A stretch of DNA of 63,666 nucleotides, the filler included, from Candidatus Rokuibacteriota bacterium (lineage in GTDB: Bacteria; JAUVQV01; DATDCY01), in assembly GCA_031406795.1 (NCBI GenBank). It is 6 parts of 6 records of this genome, joined end to end, with 100 filler letters (N's around TTAATTAATTAA, not from the genome) between each part and the next. Parts side by side here need not be neighbours in the genome. Positions count along the whole stretch, not along the records: positions 1 to 22,588 come from JANOHV010000276.1; 5 more parts are not named here. The stretch is one strand, 5' to 3'. The translations under genes were made by a program, and so were the position numbers. The notes beneath the pieces were generated by a model, which was not told the DNA's origin, ran no database searches, and saw nothing but the letters and a program-made list of their open reading frames with translations. Each line of letters begins with the position of its first letter. Within the stretch, counting starts at the first letter, position 1. Of the stretch, positions 1 through 9,598 are shown piece after piece.

Positions 1-1798
1 CGCCGACGACCGGTATCGTCCCGGCGTAGCCGAATTGCGTCTGCCAGATCCCGGCCGTGCTTTGAGAGACGTACCAACTGCCGCTCGCGGGATGGTAATA
101 CCCGAGGTCGCTCAGGCCGTCACCGTCGAAATCGCCGGTGATCGGCAGCGTGCCGGCAAACCCGAACTGCGTCTGCCAGAACCCGTCCGTGCTCCTGAAC
201 TCGTACCAGTTGCCGCCGGCCGGGTTGTAACAGCCGATGTCGGATCGGCCGTCGCCGTTGAAATCGTTGGAAACGGCGGCGACGGTGTTCAGATTGCGGT
301 AGTAGGCTCTCACGGTCTTGGCGACGTCCATGGTGACGACGCAGATCGCCCCCGAGGCGCTCGTGCACCCGATCCAACTGCTGAAGGGATTGCCGCCGGC
401 AGTCAAGGGGGCGGTCAGCGTCACCGCGCCCCCGGTGGGGTACGAGCGGCTGAACGGCGTTGTCCCGTCGCCCTGGCCACCGTCGTCGGTCGGGGTGGCG
501 ACGATCGCCACGCCGCCTGCCGGATTGGTCGAGGCAATCGTCAGGACTTGAACCGGGGTTCCTTCGCTGAGCACGACATCGTTGAACGGGAATTTTCTGA
601 TTCCCCCCCGCTCGAGCCACGCAAAATTGCGGTCAACGTCGTAATTGGTCCGGCCGGCGTGAACGTACCACCCCGAGAGCGGCGTGCCGTTGATCGCGAC
701 ATACGCCCCGTTGAATTTGAGGGCGAAATGAACATGTGGGCCGGAGGCGCTACCGCCGCTGCACGTCGCTTCCGCGAGCGTATTCGCGAGCACACCGATC
801 CTGTCGTTCCGGTTGATCGTACCGGAATAGTTCTGGATGTTCTCGAGGTGATAGTAAGTCGTCTCCCACCCGCCCCCATGGGTGACCTTGAAGCCGCAGG
901 CGGAGAATTTCGTCGGGGTTCCCGGGGCGCTGGCGACCACCCACATCGCGCTGGTGTCCGCGCCCCAGGATACGCCGGCAGGGTAGAAATCCAGCGCGGA
1001 GGCATCCGTCAACGGGCTGCCGACGCCACCGCCGCCGCTATTGTCATGCACGCCCCCGAATCTCCAGGACAACCCCTGCAAATACGGGAGCTGGAACAAA
1101 CCGTCGGGAGCGGCCAACGCGCTGGCCATTCCCCGCGCGACGATCTGGTTCTGTTCGTCGCGCGGGTCGTCATCGGCGAACAGCCGCAGATAGGTTTGAT
1201 AGAAACCGTCGGCGCGGTTGTTGTCGATCAGCAGCGAGATGTCCGGCTCGCCGAGGGCGGCAAGCGCGGCGATTATCGCATAGGTTGCCGCGTTGGTATC
1301 CGGTCCCACCAGCACCGTGTCGCCGTCCGGAGCGACCAGCGGCGCCAAGCTGCGTGCGGAAGGCGGCAGCGAAGCGTAGGAATAACGGTGCCAGTAGTAA
1401 GCTCGCACCATCTTCTCGGACAACTCCTCGACTTGAGCATTGAAACTGCCGCCGCTCAGGCCGAAGGGGTTCTCCGCGACTGCGGCGTCGGGGCTGGAGA
1501 TCGCCCGGGAACGCAGTTCCAGCAGGGTCAGATAGATTTTCGGGTTGATGCTGTAATACTCCGCGCGACCATACAGGTCTTCGGCATGCCGCAGCAAGTG
1601 CGGCGCCCGAGCGGCGAGATACGTTGCGACGTTGAAATCGCCGACATTCGGCCCGTAGACGAACTGCCCATCCGAAATTACCGCGTCGCCCGCCGTGACG
1701 ATCACTTCCCGGGCAGCGGCGGACGAGCCGCCGCACAGGCAGCAGGCGACCAGCAGGAATGCCGGAAATACCAGCACACGCACGGCTCTCGAGTTCAT
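1..1798 (-). CDS. Secreted LasA/beta-lytic-like M23A metallopeptidase with C-terminal FG-GAP-like repeats (3' end runs off window)
   Basis: Not in the ORF track (no stop in window); translated by hand from ATG 1798. Signal peptide MNSRAVRVLVFPAFLLVACC, propeptide YSINPKIYLTLLE, catalytic motifs GGVH...SALDF, YYHLE and GPHVHF, then repeats DFNGDGRSD/DFDGDGLSD...WQTQFG. Confidence 0.85.
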   Translation of the reverse strand, partial: MNSRAVRVLVFPAFLLVACCLCGGSSAAAREVIVTAGDAVISDGQFVYGPNVGDFNVATYLAARAPHLLRHAEDLYGRAEYYSINPKIYLTLLELRSRAISSPDAAVAENPFGLSGGSFNAQVEELSEKMVRAYYWHRYSYASLPPSARSLAPLVAPDGDTVLVGPDTNAATYAIIAALAALGEPDISLLIDNNRADGFYQTYLRLFADDDPRDEQNQIVARGMASALAAPDGLFQLPYLQGLSWRFGGVHDNSGGGGVGSPLTDASALDFYPAGVSWGADTSAMWVVASAPGTPTKFSACGFKVTHGGGWETTYYHLENIQNYSGTINRNDRIGVLANTLAEATCSGGSASGPHVHFALKFNGAYVAINGTPLSGWYVHAGRTNYDVDRNFAWLERGGIRKFPFNDVVLSEGTPVQVLTIASTNPAGGVAIVATPTDDGGQGDGTTPFSRSYPTGGAVTLTAPLTAGGNPFSSWIGCTSASGAICVVTMDVAKTVRAYYRNLNTVAAVSNDFNGDGRSDIGCYNPAGGNWYEFRSTDGFWQTQFGFAGTLPITGDFDGDGLSDLGYYHPASGSWYVSQSTAGIWQTQFGYAGTIPVVG

Positions 1799-1903
1799 CA
1801 CGAGGCCGATTCTCCGGGGAGGAAATACGGAAGTCAAGCGAACGGCACCGGGCTATCAGGAGGGGGGCCGCCGCGCGGAGGCGGCGAAACCGCTGGCAAG
1901 ACG

Positions 1904-1933
1904 AAGCCCCCGCCGGGACGAGCGCGGGGGCTT
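1904..1933 (-). terminator. GC-rich hairpin, probable terminator
   Basis: AAGCCCCCGC-N10-GCGGGGGCTT just downstream of the 1970-2323 gene. Confidence 0.5.
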
Positions 1934-1969
1934 GACTGCTACGCGGTGAATGCTTTCAGCAACGCCCGA

Positions 1970-2323
1970 TCAGGGCGTTCTGCTGACCCGCTGCGCGGCC
2001 CAGCACCCACGCCTGCCGCTGCCGGCCTGGGTGAAAGATCCAACCATGCTGTCGCCGTCGACTTCACCGCTGAAAACATTCCCGGAGTCATACCGCAAGG
2101 TGATGTCCGAGTTGTCCACCGACCAGGTTCCGCCATCGCCGAAATCGTCGATATACGTTCCCCCGCTGGAGATGAACCACAGGGCGGAACCCGCGCCGCC
2201 GTCGCATTCAAAGTCGAAACTCAGCACCCAGGAGCCCACGGGGTCGGCATCCTTGTTCTTGACACACCCCACCATCGCGAAGGCCATCACGATCACGACG
2301 AGAAACAGCCCGAGCCTCTTCAT
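1970..2323 (-). CDS. Small lipoprotein of unknown function
   Basis: MKRLGLFLVVIVMAFAMVG-C lipobox; GGGGAGG RBS. Confidence 0.7.
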   Translation of the reverse strand: MKRLGLFLVVIVMAFAMVGCVKNKDADPVGSWVLSFDFECDGGAGSALWFISSGGTYIDDFGDGGTWSVDNSDITLRYDSGNVFSGEVDGDSMVGSFTQAGSGRRGCWAAQRVSRTP

Positions 2324-2458
2324 GCGCTACCCTCCCCCTTGGGTCGACAACAACGCCGCTTTCCCCAGCGGCCTGCCACACACTCGCGGGTCAGTTTAGC
2401 ACGGTTCCCGAGGAATCATCCAGCCGGGCAGACCGCGGCAGAAACCGCCGGGCCGCGG

Positions 2459-3649
2459 TTACCGCTGGTTCTTCTTCTCCAGGCCGGCCTTCAGCAAATC
2501 GCCGAAGGTGCCCATCGAGGCCGCCGGCCGGGAGACGTACCCGGCCGTGTCCGCATCCCCGGCATCCTGCGACGCCAGCGCCAGCGCCAGCCGCCGTCGC
2601 TCGGGATCGATCTCCTCGATGGTCACCGCCAGCTGCTGCCCCTCCTGCAGGACCTCGCGCGGGTGATTGATGCGCCGCCCCTGCCCGATCTTCGAGATGT
2701 GCAGCAAGCCGTCGACACCCTCCTCGAGCGTGACGAAGGCGCCAAACGGCGTCAGTCTCGCCACCGTGCCGGTGTAGGTCGAGCCCCGGGTGTAGAGCGT
2801 CCCGACCTTGCCCCAGGGATCGGTCAACTTGGCGCGCAGGCTGAAGGAGAAGCGGTTCTTCTCCCAGTCGAGACTCAGAATGGCGACTTCGACTTCCTGA
2901 CCGACCCGCAGCAATCCGGCGAGATCTCCGGTGCGCCCCCAGCCGGCCTCCGAGATGGGCAGCAGCCCTTCGAGCCCGCCAATGTCGATGAACGCGCCGA
3001 AGCTCTGGACGCTCGTCACCGTTCCCCTGACGGTCATCCCGACCTTGAGCGTCTTCCTGAGGGCTTCGCGCTGCAGGCGCTGCTGCTCCTCGAGGATCGC
3101 GCGGTGCGAGACGACGATCGTGCGGCCCTTCTCCTCAAACTTGGTGATCTTGAACGCCAGGTTCTGGCCGAGCACCTCCGCCGGGTCTTCCTCCCGACGC
3201 AAACCCAGTTGCGAGAAGGGGCAGAAGGCGCGGACGCCGCCGGCAAGCTTGACCTCGTAGCCGCCCTTGATCTCCAGCTCGAGCCGTCCGTCGACGGGGA
3301 TGCCGCTCCTCCAGGCCTGCTCGAGCTGGACGGTGCCCGAGGCGCCGCCGCCCATGCGGGTGGTGAACAGCAACTCGTCATCGTCCCGCCCCAGGAAATA
3401 GGCGTGCACGGTGTCGCCCTTGGCGACGGTCAGCACGCCGTCCGCGTCGAGCAACTCCTTGACGTCGAGGACCCCCTCGCCCTTCTGGCCGACGTCGAGG
3501 AAGACCCATTCGGCGCCGATCTGCAGCACCGTCGCTTCGACCTTGTCGCCAGGTTCGAGGCGCGGGGAGCCGGCCAGGCTCTGGGCCAGCATCTCCTCGA
3601 AACTCTGTTCCGCTGCTCCCTCGGTAGGGTCGTCCAGATGCTCTTTCAT
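2459..3649 (-). CDS. rpsA: 30S ribosomal protein S1-like protein (about four S1 domains)
   Basis: Repeated S1 motifs FGAFIDIGGLEGLLPISE and FGAFVTLEEGVDGLLHISK; 396 aa, a short form that may be a paralog. Confidence 0.8.
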   Translation of the reverse strand: MKEHLDDPTEGAAEQSFEEMLAQSLAGSPRLEPGDKVEATVLQIGAEWVFLDVGQKGEGVLDVKELLDADGVLTVAKGDTVHAYFLGRDDDELLFTTRMGGGASGTVQLEQAWRSGIPVDGRLELEIKGGYEVKLAGGVRAFCPFSQLGLRREEDPAEVLGQNLAFKITKFEEKGRTIVVSHRAILEEQQRLQREALRKTLKVGMTVRGTVTSVQSFGAFIDIGGLEGLLPISEAGWGRTGDLAGLLRVGQEVEVAILSLDWEKNRFSFSLRAKLTDPWGKVGTLYTRGSTYTGTVARLTPFGAFVTLEEGVDGLLHISKIGQGRRINHPREVLQEGQQLAVTIEEIDPERRRLALALASQDAGDADTAGYVSRPAASMGTFGDLLKAGLEKKNQR

Positions 3650-3715
3650 GAAACCTCGTGGGTGAGAGATTGTCCGCTGACGCCGCCCGCAGCCGAGTCG
3701 GGGAAACGCACCCCC

Positions 3716-4711
3716 CTACCGGGCCACTTGGAACGACCAGGAGAAGTCATTTTCCAACCCGATGCCGTCGGGGTTGACGACGCCGTCGGCGCCGACGGTC
3801 ACCGTCACCGTCTCCCCGGGGAGCAGATCGCGGGCGGGCGTGAACCGCAACAACCCGCGGTGCACGGTGGTGGCGCCGGGCACCAGGCCCGAACGCGAAC
3901 CGAGCATCCGGATCGTGTCGGGGCCGAGCCTCGTCTCGTCGAGCGGCTGTGAAAGCGTCATGGTCGGCAGGATGCGACGGGTGGAAACGACCGAACCCGG
4001 CTCGGGGAAGACCGACGTCACCCGCGGCGGCGCACTGCGCTCCCGCGGGTAGGGGCCGCCGACCGGACCGATCCAGAGTTCCGGCGCGATGACGATGTGA
4101 TGGAGCAGCCCCGGCGGTGGCGGCGGCGGCAGATGAGCCAGCACCTGACCGGGCAGCGGCGGACGGATGTCGTTCTTGGCCATGATGATGGCCAGGGCCA
4201 CCACGAGGACGATCACGGTGACACTCACGGCTACGATCAGCCCGGTGGGGGTCTTCTTCAGGATGATCTTCACTTCCGCGGTCTGGCCGGACTTCACCGA
4301 GAAGTCGGTCTCCCGGTCGCCGGAACGCGCATCGCGAATGTGGCCGCCTTCGTCCAGAACCGCCACCACCCGCAGCCGGTACTTGCCGGGAGCAAGCAGG
4401 CTGACCCCCCACTCGCCGGCGAGTGAGCGCTGCAGGAAGGTCTCGTTGCCCCGCTTGTCGACGCTGAACAACTCGACGAGCGTTCCCGACGACTCCGTCC
4501 GCCCGGCTTTCGCCGCATCCGCGTCGGCGAAGACCCGCACGAGCACCCCGGCGCCTTCGGTCGTGCCGTCCGATCGGACATTGACCTTCGTCGAGAGACA
4601 ACCGGCGAACGAGAAGAGCAGCAGTGCGGCCACCAGCGGCGGCACCACGCGGGGCGCCAGGATGGCGCGGACTCGGGGAAAAAACATTGTCGGACGTCGC
4701 ATCTGAGTCAT
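3716..4711 (-). CDS. Lipoprotein with internal TM segment and C-terminal Ig-like (Big_5-like) domain
   Basis: FSFAG-C lipobox, hydrophobic TGLIVAVSVTVIVLVVALAII, Pro-rich linker, PPRVTSVFP...FTP...DFSWSF. Confidence 0.65.
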   Translation of the reverse strand: MTQMRRPTMFFPRVRAILAPRVVPPLVAALLLFSFAGCLSTKVNVRSDGTTEGAGVLVRVFADADAAKAGRTESSGTLVELFSVDKRGNETFLQRSLAGEWGVSLLAPGKYRLRVVAVLDEGGHIRDARSGDRETDFSVKSGQTAEVKIILKKTPTGLIVAVSVTVIVLVVALAIIMAKNDIRPPLPGQVLAHLPPPPPPGLLHHIVIAPELWIGPVGGPYPRERSAPPRVTSVFPEPGSVVSTRRILPTMTLSQPLDETRLGPDTIRMLGSRSGLVPGATTVHRGLLRFTPARDLLPGETVTVTVGADGVVNPDGIGLENDFSWSFQVAR

Positions 4712-4777
4712 CGCTCCTCTCGAGTGATCGACCGGGAAGTCGCCGCGGCGCCCCGGCCCGTGTCCAACCGCCCGGGG

Positions 4778-6406
4778 TCAGCCGGCTTCGAGCCCGGCCC
4801 CCTCGCCGCTCGCGAGCGCCGCACTCTGCCACTCCAGATACTCGTCGAAGCCCATCCGCCGATCGACGAAACCGTCGGGCTTGAATTCCACGATCCGGTT
4901 GGCGAGCGTCGACATGAACTCGTGGTCGTGCGAGGCGAACAGCATGACCCCGGGAAACGCGATCAGCCCGTTGTTCAGCGCGGTGATGGTCTCCAGGTCG
5001 AGGTGATTGGTCGGCTCGTCCAGGATCAGCGCGTTGGCGTTGGCGAGCATCATCTTGGAGATCATGCAGCGGACCTTCTCCCCGCCGGAGAGGACCGAGG
5101 TCTTCTTCAGCGCTTCGTCCCCCGAGAAGAGCATCCTGCCGAGGAATCCCCGGGCGAAGCTCTCCCCCTCTGCGGGCGGACTGTACTGGCGCAGCCACTC
5201 GACGAGGTTGAGTTCGCTCTGGAAGTATGCGCTGTTCTCCTTCGGGAAATAGGCGGTCGTGATGGTCACCCCCCAGCGGAAGTAGCCGCTGTCGGGCTCG
5301 ACTTCGCCGGCCAGGATCTGGAACAGGGTCGTGCGCGCCAGGCCGTCGTCGCCGACGAAGGCGATCTTGTCGCCCTTGTTCATGGTCAGGCTGAAATCGT
5401 CGATGACCGCGACACCGTCGACCTTCTTGCAGAGGTGCTTGATCTCCAGGATGATGTCGCCGCAGGGACGCTCCGGCGTGAAATTGATGTAGGGGTATTT
5501 TCGCGAAGAAACCGGCATGTCCTCGAGGGTCAGTTTCTCCAGCAGCTTCTTCCTCGAGGTGGCCTGTTTGGACTTCGACGCGTTGGCGCTGAAGCGCTGG
5601 ATGAACGCCTTCAGGTCATTGGCCTTGGCGGTGATCTTCGCGTTCTCGTTCTGCTTCTGCCGCAGGTGCAGCTGACTCGCCTGGTACCAGAAGTCGTAGT
5701 TCCCGACATAGACTTGGATCCTTCCGAAGTCGATGTCGGCGACGTGCGTGCAGACCTGGTTGAGAAAGTGCCGGTCGTGGGAGACGATGATGACCGTGTT
5801 CTTGAACCGGGAGAGGAACTCCTCGAGCCAGGTGATCGACCTGAGGTCCAGGTGGTTCGTCGGTTCGTCCAGCAGCAGGATGTCCGGGTTGTTGAACAGG
5901 GCCTGGGCGATGAGCACCCGCACCTTGTCGCCGCCCTCGAGGGACTTCATCAGCCGCGGTCCGTACTCGGTCGGGATGCCCAGGCCGCTGAGCAGCACCA
6001 TCGCCTCGGACTCCGCCTCGTAGCCGTTGAGCTCGCCGAATTCCGCCTCCAGCTCCCCAACGCGGTTCCCGTCCGCCTCGGAGAACTCCGGGTTGGCGTA
6101 GATCGCCTCGCGCTCGGACATCAGGGTGTGCAAGCGAGGGTGGCCCATGATGACCGTGTCGAGAACCGTGTGCTCGTCGAAGGCGAAGTGGTCCTGGCTG
6201 AGCACGGCGATCCGCTCGCGGGCGCCGATGGAAATTTCACCGTGGTCGGCTTCGATTTCGCAGGCGAGGATCTTCAGGAAGGTCGACTTACCGGAGCCGT
6301 TGGCGCCGATCAGCCCGTAACAGTTCCCCGGGGTGAACTTGATGCTGACGTCTTTGAAGATGACCCTCTTCCCGTAGGAGAGGGAGATGCCCGAGGTGCT
6401 GATCAT
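4778..6406 (-). CDS. ABC-F family ATPase (YbiT/YkpA-like)
   Basis: Two ABC domains (GANGSGKST, LLDEPTNHLD twice, LSGGEK), no TM segments; start reassigned to MISTSG. Confidence 0.9.
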   Translation of the reverse strand: MISTSGISLSYGKRVIFKDVSIKFTPGNCYGLIGANGSGKSTFLKILACEIEADHGEISIGARERIAVLSQDHFAFDEHTVLDTVIMGHPRLHTLMSEREAIYANPEFSEADGNRVGELEAEFGELNGYEAESEAMVLLSGLGIPTEYGPRLMKSLEGGDKVRVLIAQALFNNPDILLLDEPTNHLDLRSITWLEEFLSRFKNTVIIVSHDRHFLNQVCTHVADIDFGRIQVYVGNYDFWYQASQLHLRQKQNENAKITAKANDLKAFIQRFSANASKSKQATSRKKLLEKLTLEDMPVSSRKYPYINFTPERPCGDIILEIKHLCKKVDGVAVIDDFSLTMNKGDKIAFVGDDGLARTTLFQILAGEVEPDSGYFRWGVTITTAYFPKENSAYFQSELNLVEWLRQYSPPAEGESFARGFLGRMLFSGDEALKKTSVLSGGEKVRCMISKMMLANANALILDEPTNHLDLETITALNNGLIAFPGVMLFASHDHEFMSTLANRIVEFKPDGFVDRRMGFDEYLEWQSAALASGEGAGLEAG

Positions 6407-6569
6407 GGCGTTGCCGATTCCTTTTCCACAGAGGCGACGCGTTACTTCCCGCGGCCCCGTTCCCGTTGTCCAAAACAACAAAAACCACAGGGACGTTCCC
6501 CGTGGTTCTACCCGCTGAAATATAGCACCATCGACGCCGGATGGCAAATCGCCCGCCGGCCTCAGCCGC

Positions 6570-7286
6570 TCAAGGCGGCCCCGGGCCGGGCGCCCCCTGC
6601 CGGCCGCTGCGCAGATGCGCCTGCAGATCCTTGAGAACGGCTTTCGTGAGCGCGAGCATGGCCTCGTGGATGGCCGGCCCGGGAGAGGGGTCGCCGGTGT
6701 GGTCCACGACCTCCTCGGCGAAGTCCCCCTTCCAGAGCACCTCGCCGGTGCGGGTGTCAGTCAACCGCAGATCTTTCACGGAAACCACGCCTTCGTTGTG
6801 ATAATAGCCCAGCGGCAGCGGGAGCAGCGCCTGGAACATCAGCCCGACGAAGCGCAGGACGAGCTGCCCCGTCAGGTCGCCTCCCGTGACGCACGTGGTG
6901 CCCAGGCAGCGAGGCACGTTGCCGGTGAAGACGGCATCGTACCCTCGCTCCGCCAGCCGCGCGAGGAATTCCGGCGCCGGCGGCGACCCCGAGGCTTCGA
7001 CCACCGACGCGGAGAGGAAGAGGTTGACGCTCTCGAAGCGCTCGACGAGGTGCCGGGCCAGGACCGTCGACATGTCCTGCGCCAGATCCTCGGCCACCGG
7101 ATACGGCCGTGACGGCGGCGTGCCGATCTCCACGACGGGGCGATCGTCCCGGAACGCCGCGACCCCCACCGTCAGGGTCTCCCGGCACCGCTCGCTCAGG
7201 CAGGGAATCGGACCCTGGATTTCGCGTGAAGCGCAGCCCAGCGACGGGAGCAGGAGGGCCGCCATCAGCAACCGCCTCATGCCCAT
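6570..7286 (-). CDS. Hypothetical lipoprotein
   Basis: MGMRRLLMAALLLPSLG-C lipobox; lies directly behind the usp gene. Confidence 0.6.
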   Translation of the reverse strand: MGMRRLLMAALLLPSLGCASREIQGPIPCLSERCRETLTVGVAAFRDDRPVVEIGTPPSRPYPVAEDLAQDMSTVLARHLVERFESVNLFLSASVVEASGSPPAPEFLARLAERGYDAVFTGNVPRCLGTTCVTGGDLTGQLVLRFVGLMFQALLPLPLGYYHNEGVVSVKDLRLTDTRTGEVLWKGDFAEEVVDHTGDPSPGPAIHEAMLALTKAVLKDLQAHLRSGRQGAPGPGPP

Positions 7287-7290
7287 GGCG

Positions 7291-7800
7291 CTACAGCCCC
7301 CCCCCGGTGTCGGCTTCGAGGGTGCGCACGAGCAGCACCGGCACGGCTGACCGCTGGGAGACCCGGTGCGCCGTCGACCCGAGCAGGATCTCGCCCATAG
7401 CCGTGTGTCCATGCGAGCCCATGACGATCACGTCTGCGGCGATGCGGGCCGACTCCCGCAGAATCACTTCGTCGGGCCTCCCCGGCAGGATGCGCATGTC
7501 CACGATCATGCCATGACCGGCGTCGTCCGCACACCCCTCCCCCTCGCACAGAGACTGCAACCGCGCCCGCAGCGAGCGCTCCAGTTCCGGCCAGCGGCTC
7601 GTCTCGGCCTCGTCGAGGTCCTGTCGGCCGGTGTACAGTTCGACCAAGTGCCGCGCCGCCGCGCCGAGCGGCTCGACGGCGTGGACGATCACGACGCTGC
7701 CGCCGTAGCTGCGGGCGAGGCTCAACGCGTAGCGCAGCACCCGGGGCGCGTGGCGCCCGAGGTCGGTGGCGTACAGGATGCTCTTCAGGCTCGGGAACAT
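7291..7800 (-). CDS. Universal stress protein (Usp family)
   Basis: ILYATD...DVIVMGSHG...LLGSTAHRV...PVLLV. Confidence 0.9.
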   Translation of the reverse strand: MFPSLKSILYATDLGRHAPRVLRYALSLARSYGGSVVIVHAVEPLGAAARHLVELYTGRQDLDEAETSRWPELERSLRARLQSLCEGEGCADDAGHGMIVDMRILPGRPDEVILRESARIAADVIVMGSHGHTAMGEILLGSTAHRVSQRSAVPVLLVRTLEADTGGGL

Positions 7801-7810
7801 GCGGCCCTCC

Positions 7811-9112
7811 TCATTGCATGAACGTGTCGGGCAGCCAGAGGGAGATGCCGGGGACCAGCAGCAGGATGATCAGGCAGACGGCCATCCCGAGGATGTGCGG
7901 GTAGATCCCCCGGTAGATCGTGCCGACGGGCGTGCCCGTGACGCCGGCGACCACGAAGGCGTTGATCGCCACCGGCGGCAGGATGATGCCGATCATCGTC
8001 ACCACCGAGACAATCACGCCGAACCACACCGGGTCGTAGCCCAGTTTGAGCACCAGCGGCAGGAAGATCGGCGTGGCCAGGATCAGGAAAGCCAGGTCTT
8101 CGATGAACGAGCCGCCGATCAGGTAGACGGCGACGATGATCAGCATGATGACGAACCGCGGCAGATCGAGCCCCCCCAGCCAGTCGGCGACGGTGGCGGG
8201 GATGCGCGTGACGACGAAGAAGTGGCCCATGATCGTCGCCCCGGCGATCAGCGTGATGACCATCGTGGCGATGCGCAGCGCGTCCAGGACGGCCTTGGCG
8301 AAGCGCCGCGGCGTCATGTCGCGCTTGGCGACCGTGAGCAGCAGCACCGCAAAGCTGCCCACGCTGCCGGCCTCCGTCGGCGTGAAGAAACCCTTCATCA
8401 GGCCGCCGACCACGAGCAGAAAGACCAGCAGCACCCAGAAGATCGGCCCGAGCGAGCGCAGCCGCGCGGGCCAGCTCGAGCGCTCGCCGGCCGGGCCGAG
8501 CGCGGGGTTGATCCGGCACCAGGTGTACAGCGTGACGACGAAGGATCCGGCGATGAGCAGGCCCGGAATGATCCCGGCCAGGAAGAGCCGGCCGATCGAC
8601 GTCTCGGTCAGGATGCCGTAGACGATCAGCGTCACGCTCGGCGGGATCAACACCCCGAGCGTGCCGACGGTCGCCACGGTCCCGCAGGAGAGCCGCTTGT
8701 CGTAGCCGTAGCGGTCCATCTCGGGCACCGCGACGGTGGCGAAGGTCGCGGCCGTCGCCGGCGAGGAGCCGCAGATCGCCTTGAAGCCCGTCGCCGCCGC
8801 CACGGTGCCGATCGCCAGCCCGCCGGGGATATGCCCGAGGAAGCGGTAGGCGCAGTCGTAGAGGCCGCGCGCCACGCCGCCGCTGGCGCCGATCTGGCCC
8901 ATCAGCACGAAGAGGGGGATGACGGTGAAGCCGTAGGAGGTCAGGACGCTGAAGACGTCCTTCGCGAGCAGATTCATCGCCGCGTGGGTGTTGACGACCG
9001 CGGCGAAGCCGATGAAGCCGGCGATCGCCATCGCGAAACCGATCTCGATGCCCAGCGAGAAGAGGCCGAAGAGCAGGCAGATGACCAGGCCGCCGATGGC
9101 CGCGTGGCTCAC
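7811..9112 (-). CDS. TRAP transporter large permease (DctM family)
   Basis: IPLFVLMG, GTLGVLIPPS, FFTPTEAG, YDPVWFG; GTG start overlaps the upstream stop (GTGA). Confidence 0.9.
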   Translation of the reverse strand: MSHAAIGGLVICLLFGLFSLGIEIGFAMAIAGFIGFAAVVNTHAAMNLLAKDVFSVLTSYGFTVIPLFVLMGQIGASGGVARGLYDCAYRFLGHIPGGLAIGTVAAATGFKAICGSSPATAATFATVAVPEMDRYGYDKRLSCGTVATVGTLGVLIPPSVTLIVYGILTETSIGRLFLAGIIPGLLIAGSFVVTLYTWCRINPALGPAGERSSWPARLRSLGPIFWVLLVFLLVVGGLMKGFFTPTEAGSVGSFAVLLLTVAKRDMTPRRFAKAVLDALRIATMVITLIAGATIMGHFFVVTRIPATVADWLGGLDLPRFVIMLIIVAVYLIGGSFIEDLAFLILATPIFLPLVLKLGYDPVWFGVIVSVVTMIGIILPPVAINAFVVAGVTGTPVGTIYRGIYPHILGMAVCLIILLLVPGISLWLPDTFMQ

Positions 9113-9594
9113 CGCGCGCCCCCGTCTCCGGCAAGCCCTTCGGCGGCGAGGACCAGGCACTCCACCGCGCAGGCGGTCGCGATCCCCCAGGCGAGCAGGA
9201 AGTGCGGCAGGTGCAATAGCGGCGTCATGTCGCCGGTGCGCCGCAGGTCGGCGCCCATCGCGAAGAGGTTCCACGCGATCAGCGCGAAGAGGCCCGCGCC
9301 GATCACCCGGGTCAGCGCGCTCAGCGCGCGGCCGGGCGCCGGGGGCAGGCGCCGCGTGAGAAAGTCCATCAGCACCTGCCCCTTGTCGAGCGAGGTCTGC
9401 GGCAGGGAGAAGCCGATCGCCACCGCACCGAGAAAGCCGACGAGTTCGTAGGTGCCCGTGATCGGGGCCTTGAACGAACGCAGCACGACGTCCGCCACCG
9501 TCACGAGCATCATGCCCACGAGCGCCGCGCCCCCGGCCCAGTGCATCCCGCGCGCGAGCGGGCGCACGGCCTCTATCGGCTTCACCCGCGGCAT
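9109..9594 (-). CDS. TRAP transporter small permease (DctQ family)
   Basis: Four TM segments, DVVLR...PITGTYELV; located between dctP-like and dctM-like genes. Confidence 0.88.
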   Translation of the reverse strand: MPRVKPIEAVRPLARGMHWAGGAALVGMMLVTVADVVLRSFKAPITGTYELVGFLGAVAIGFSLPQTSLDKGQVLMDFLTRRLPPAPGRALSALTRVIGAGLFALIAWNLFAMGADLRRTGDMTPLLHLPHFLLAWGIATACAVECLVLAAEGLAGDGGAR

Positions 9595-9598
9595 GAGC

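Noticed and set aside
35-3952. 1305-aa plus-strand ORF
   Set aside because: Antisense shadow of real minus-strand genes in high-GC DNA; no motifs.
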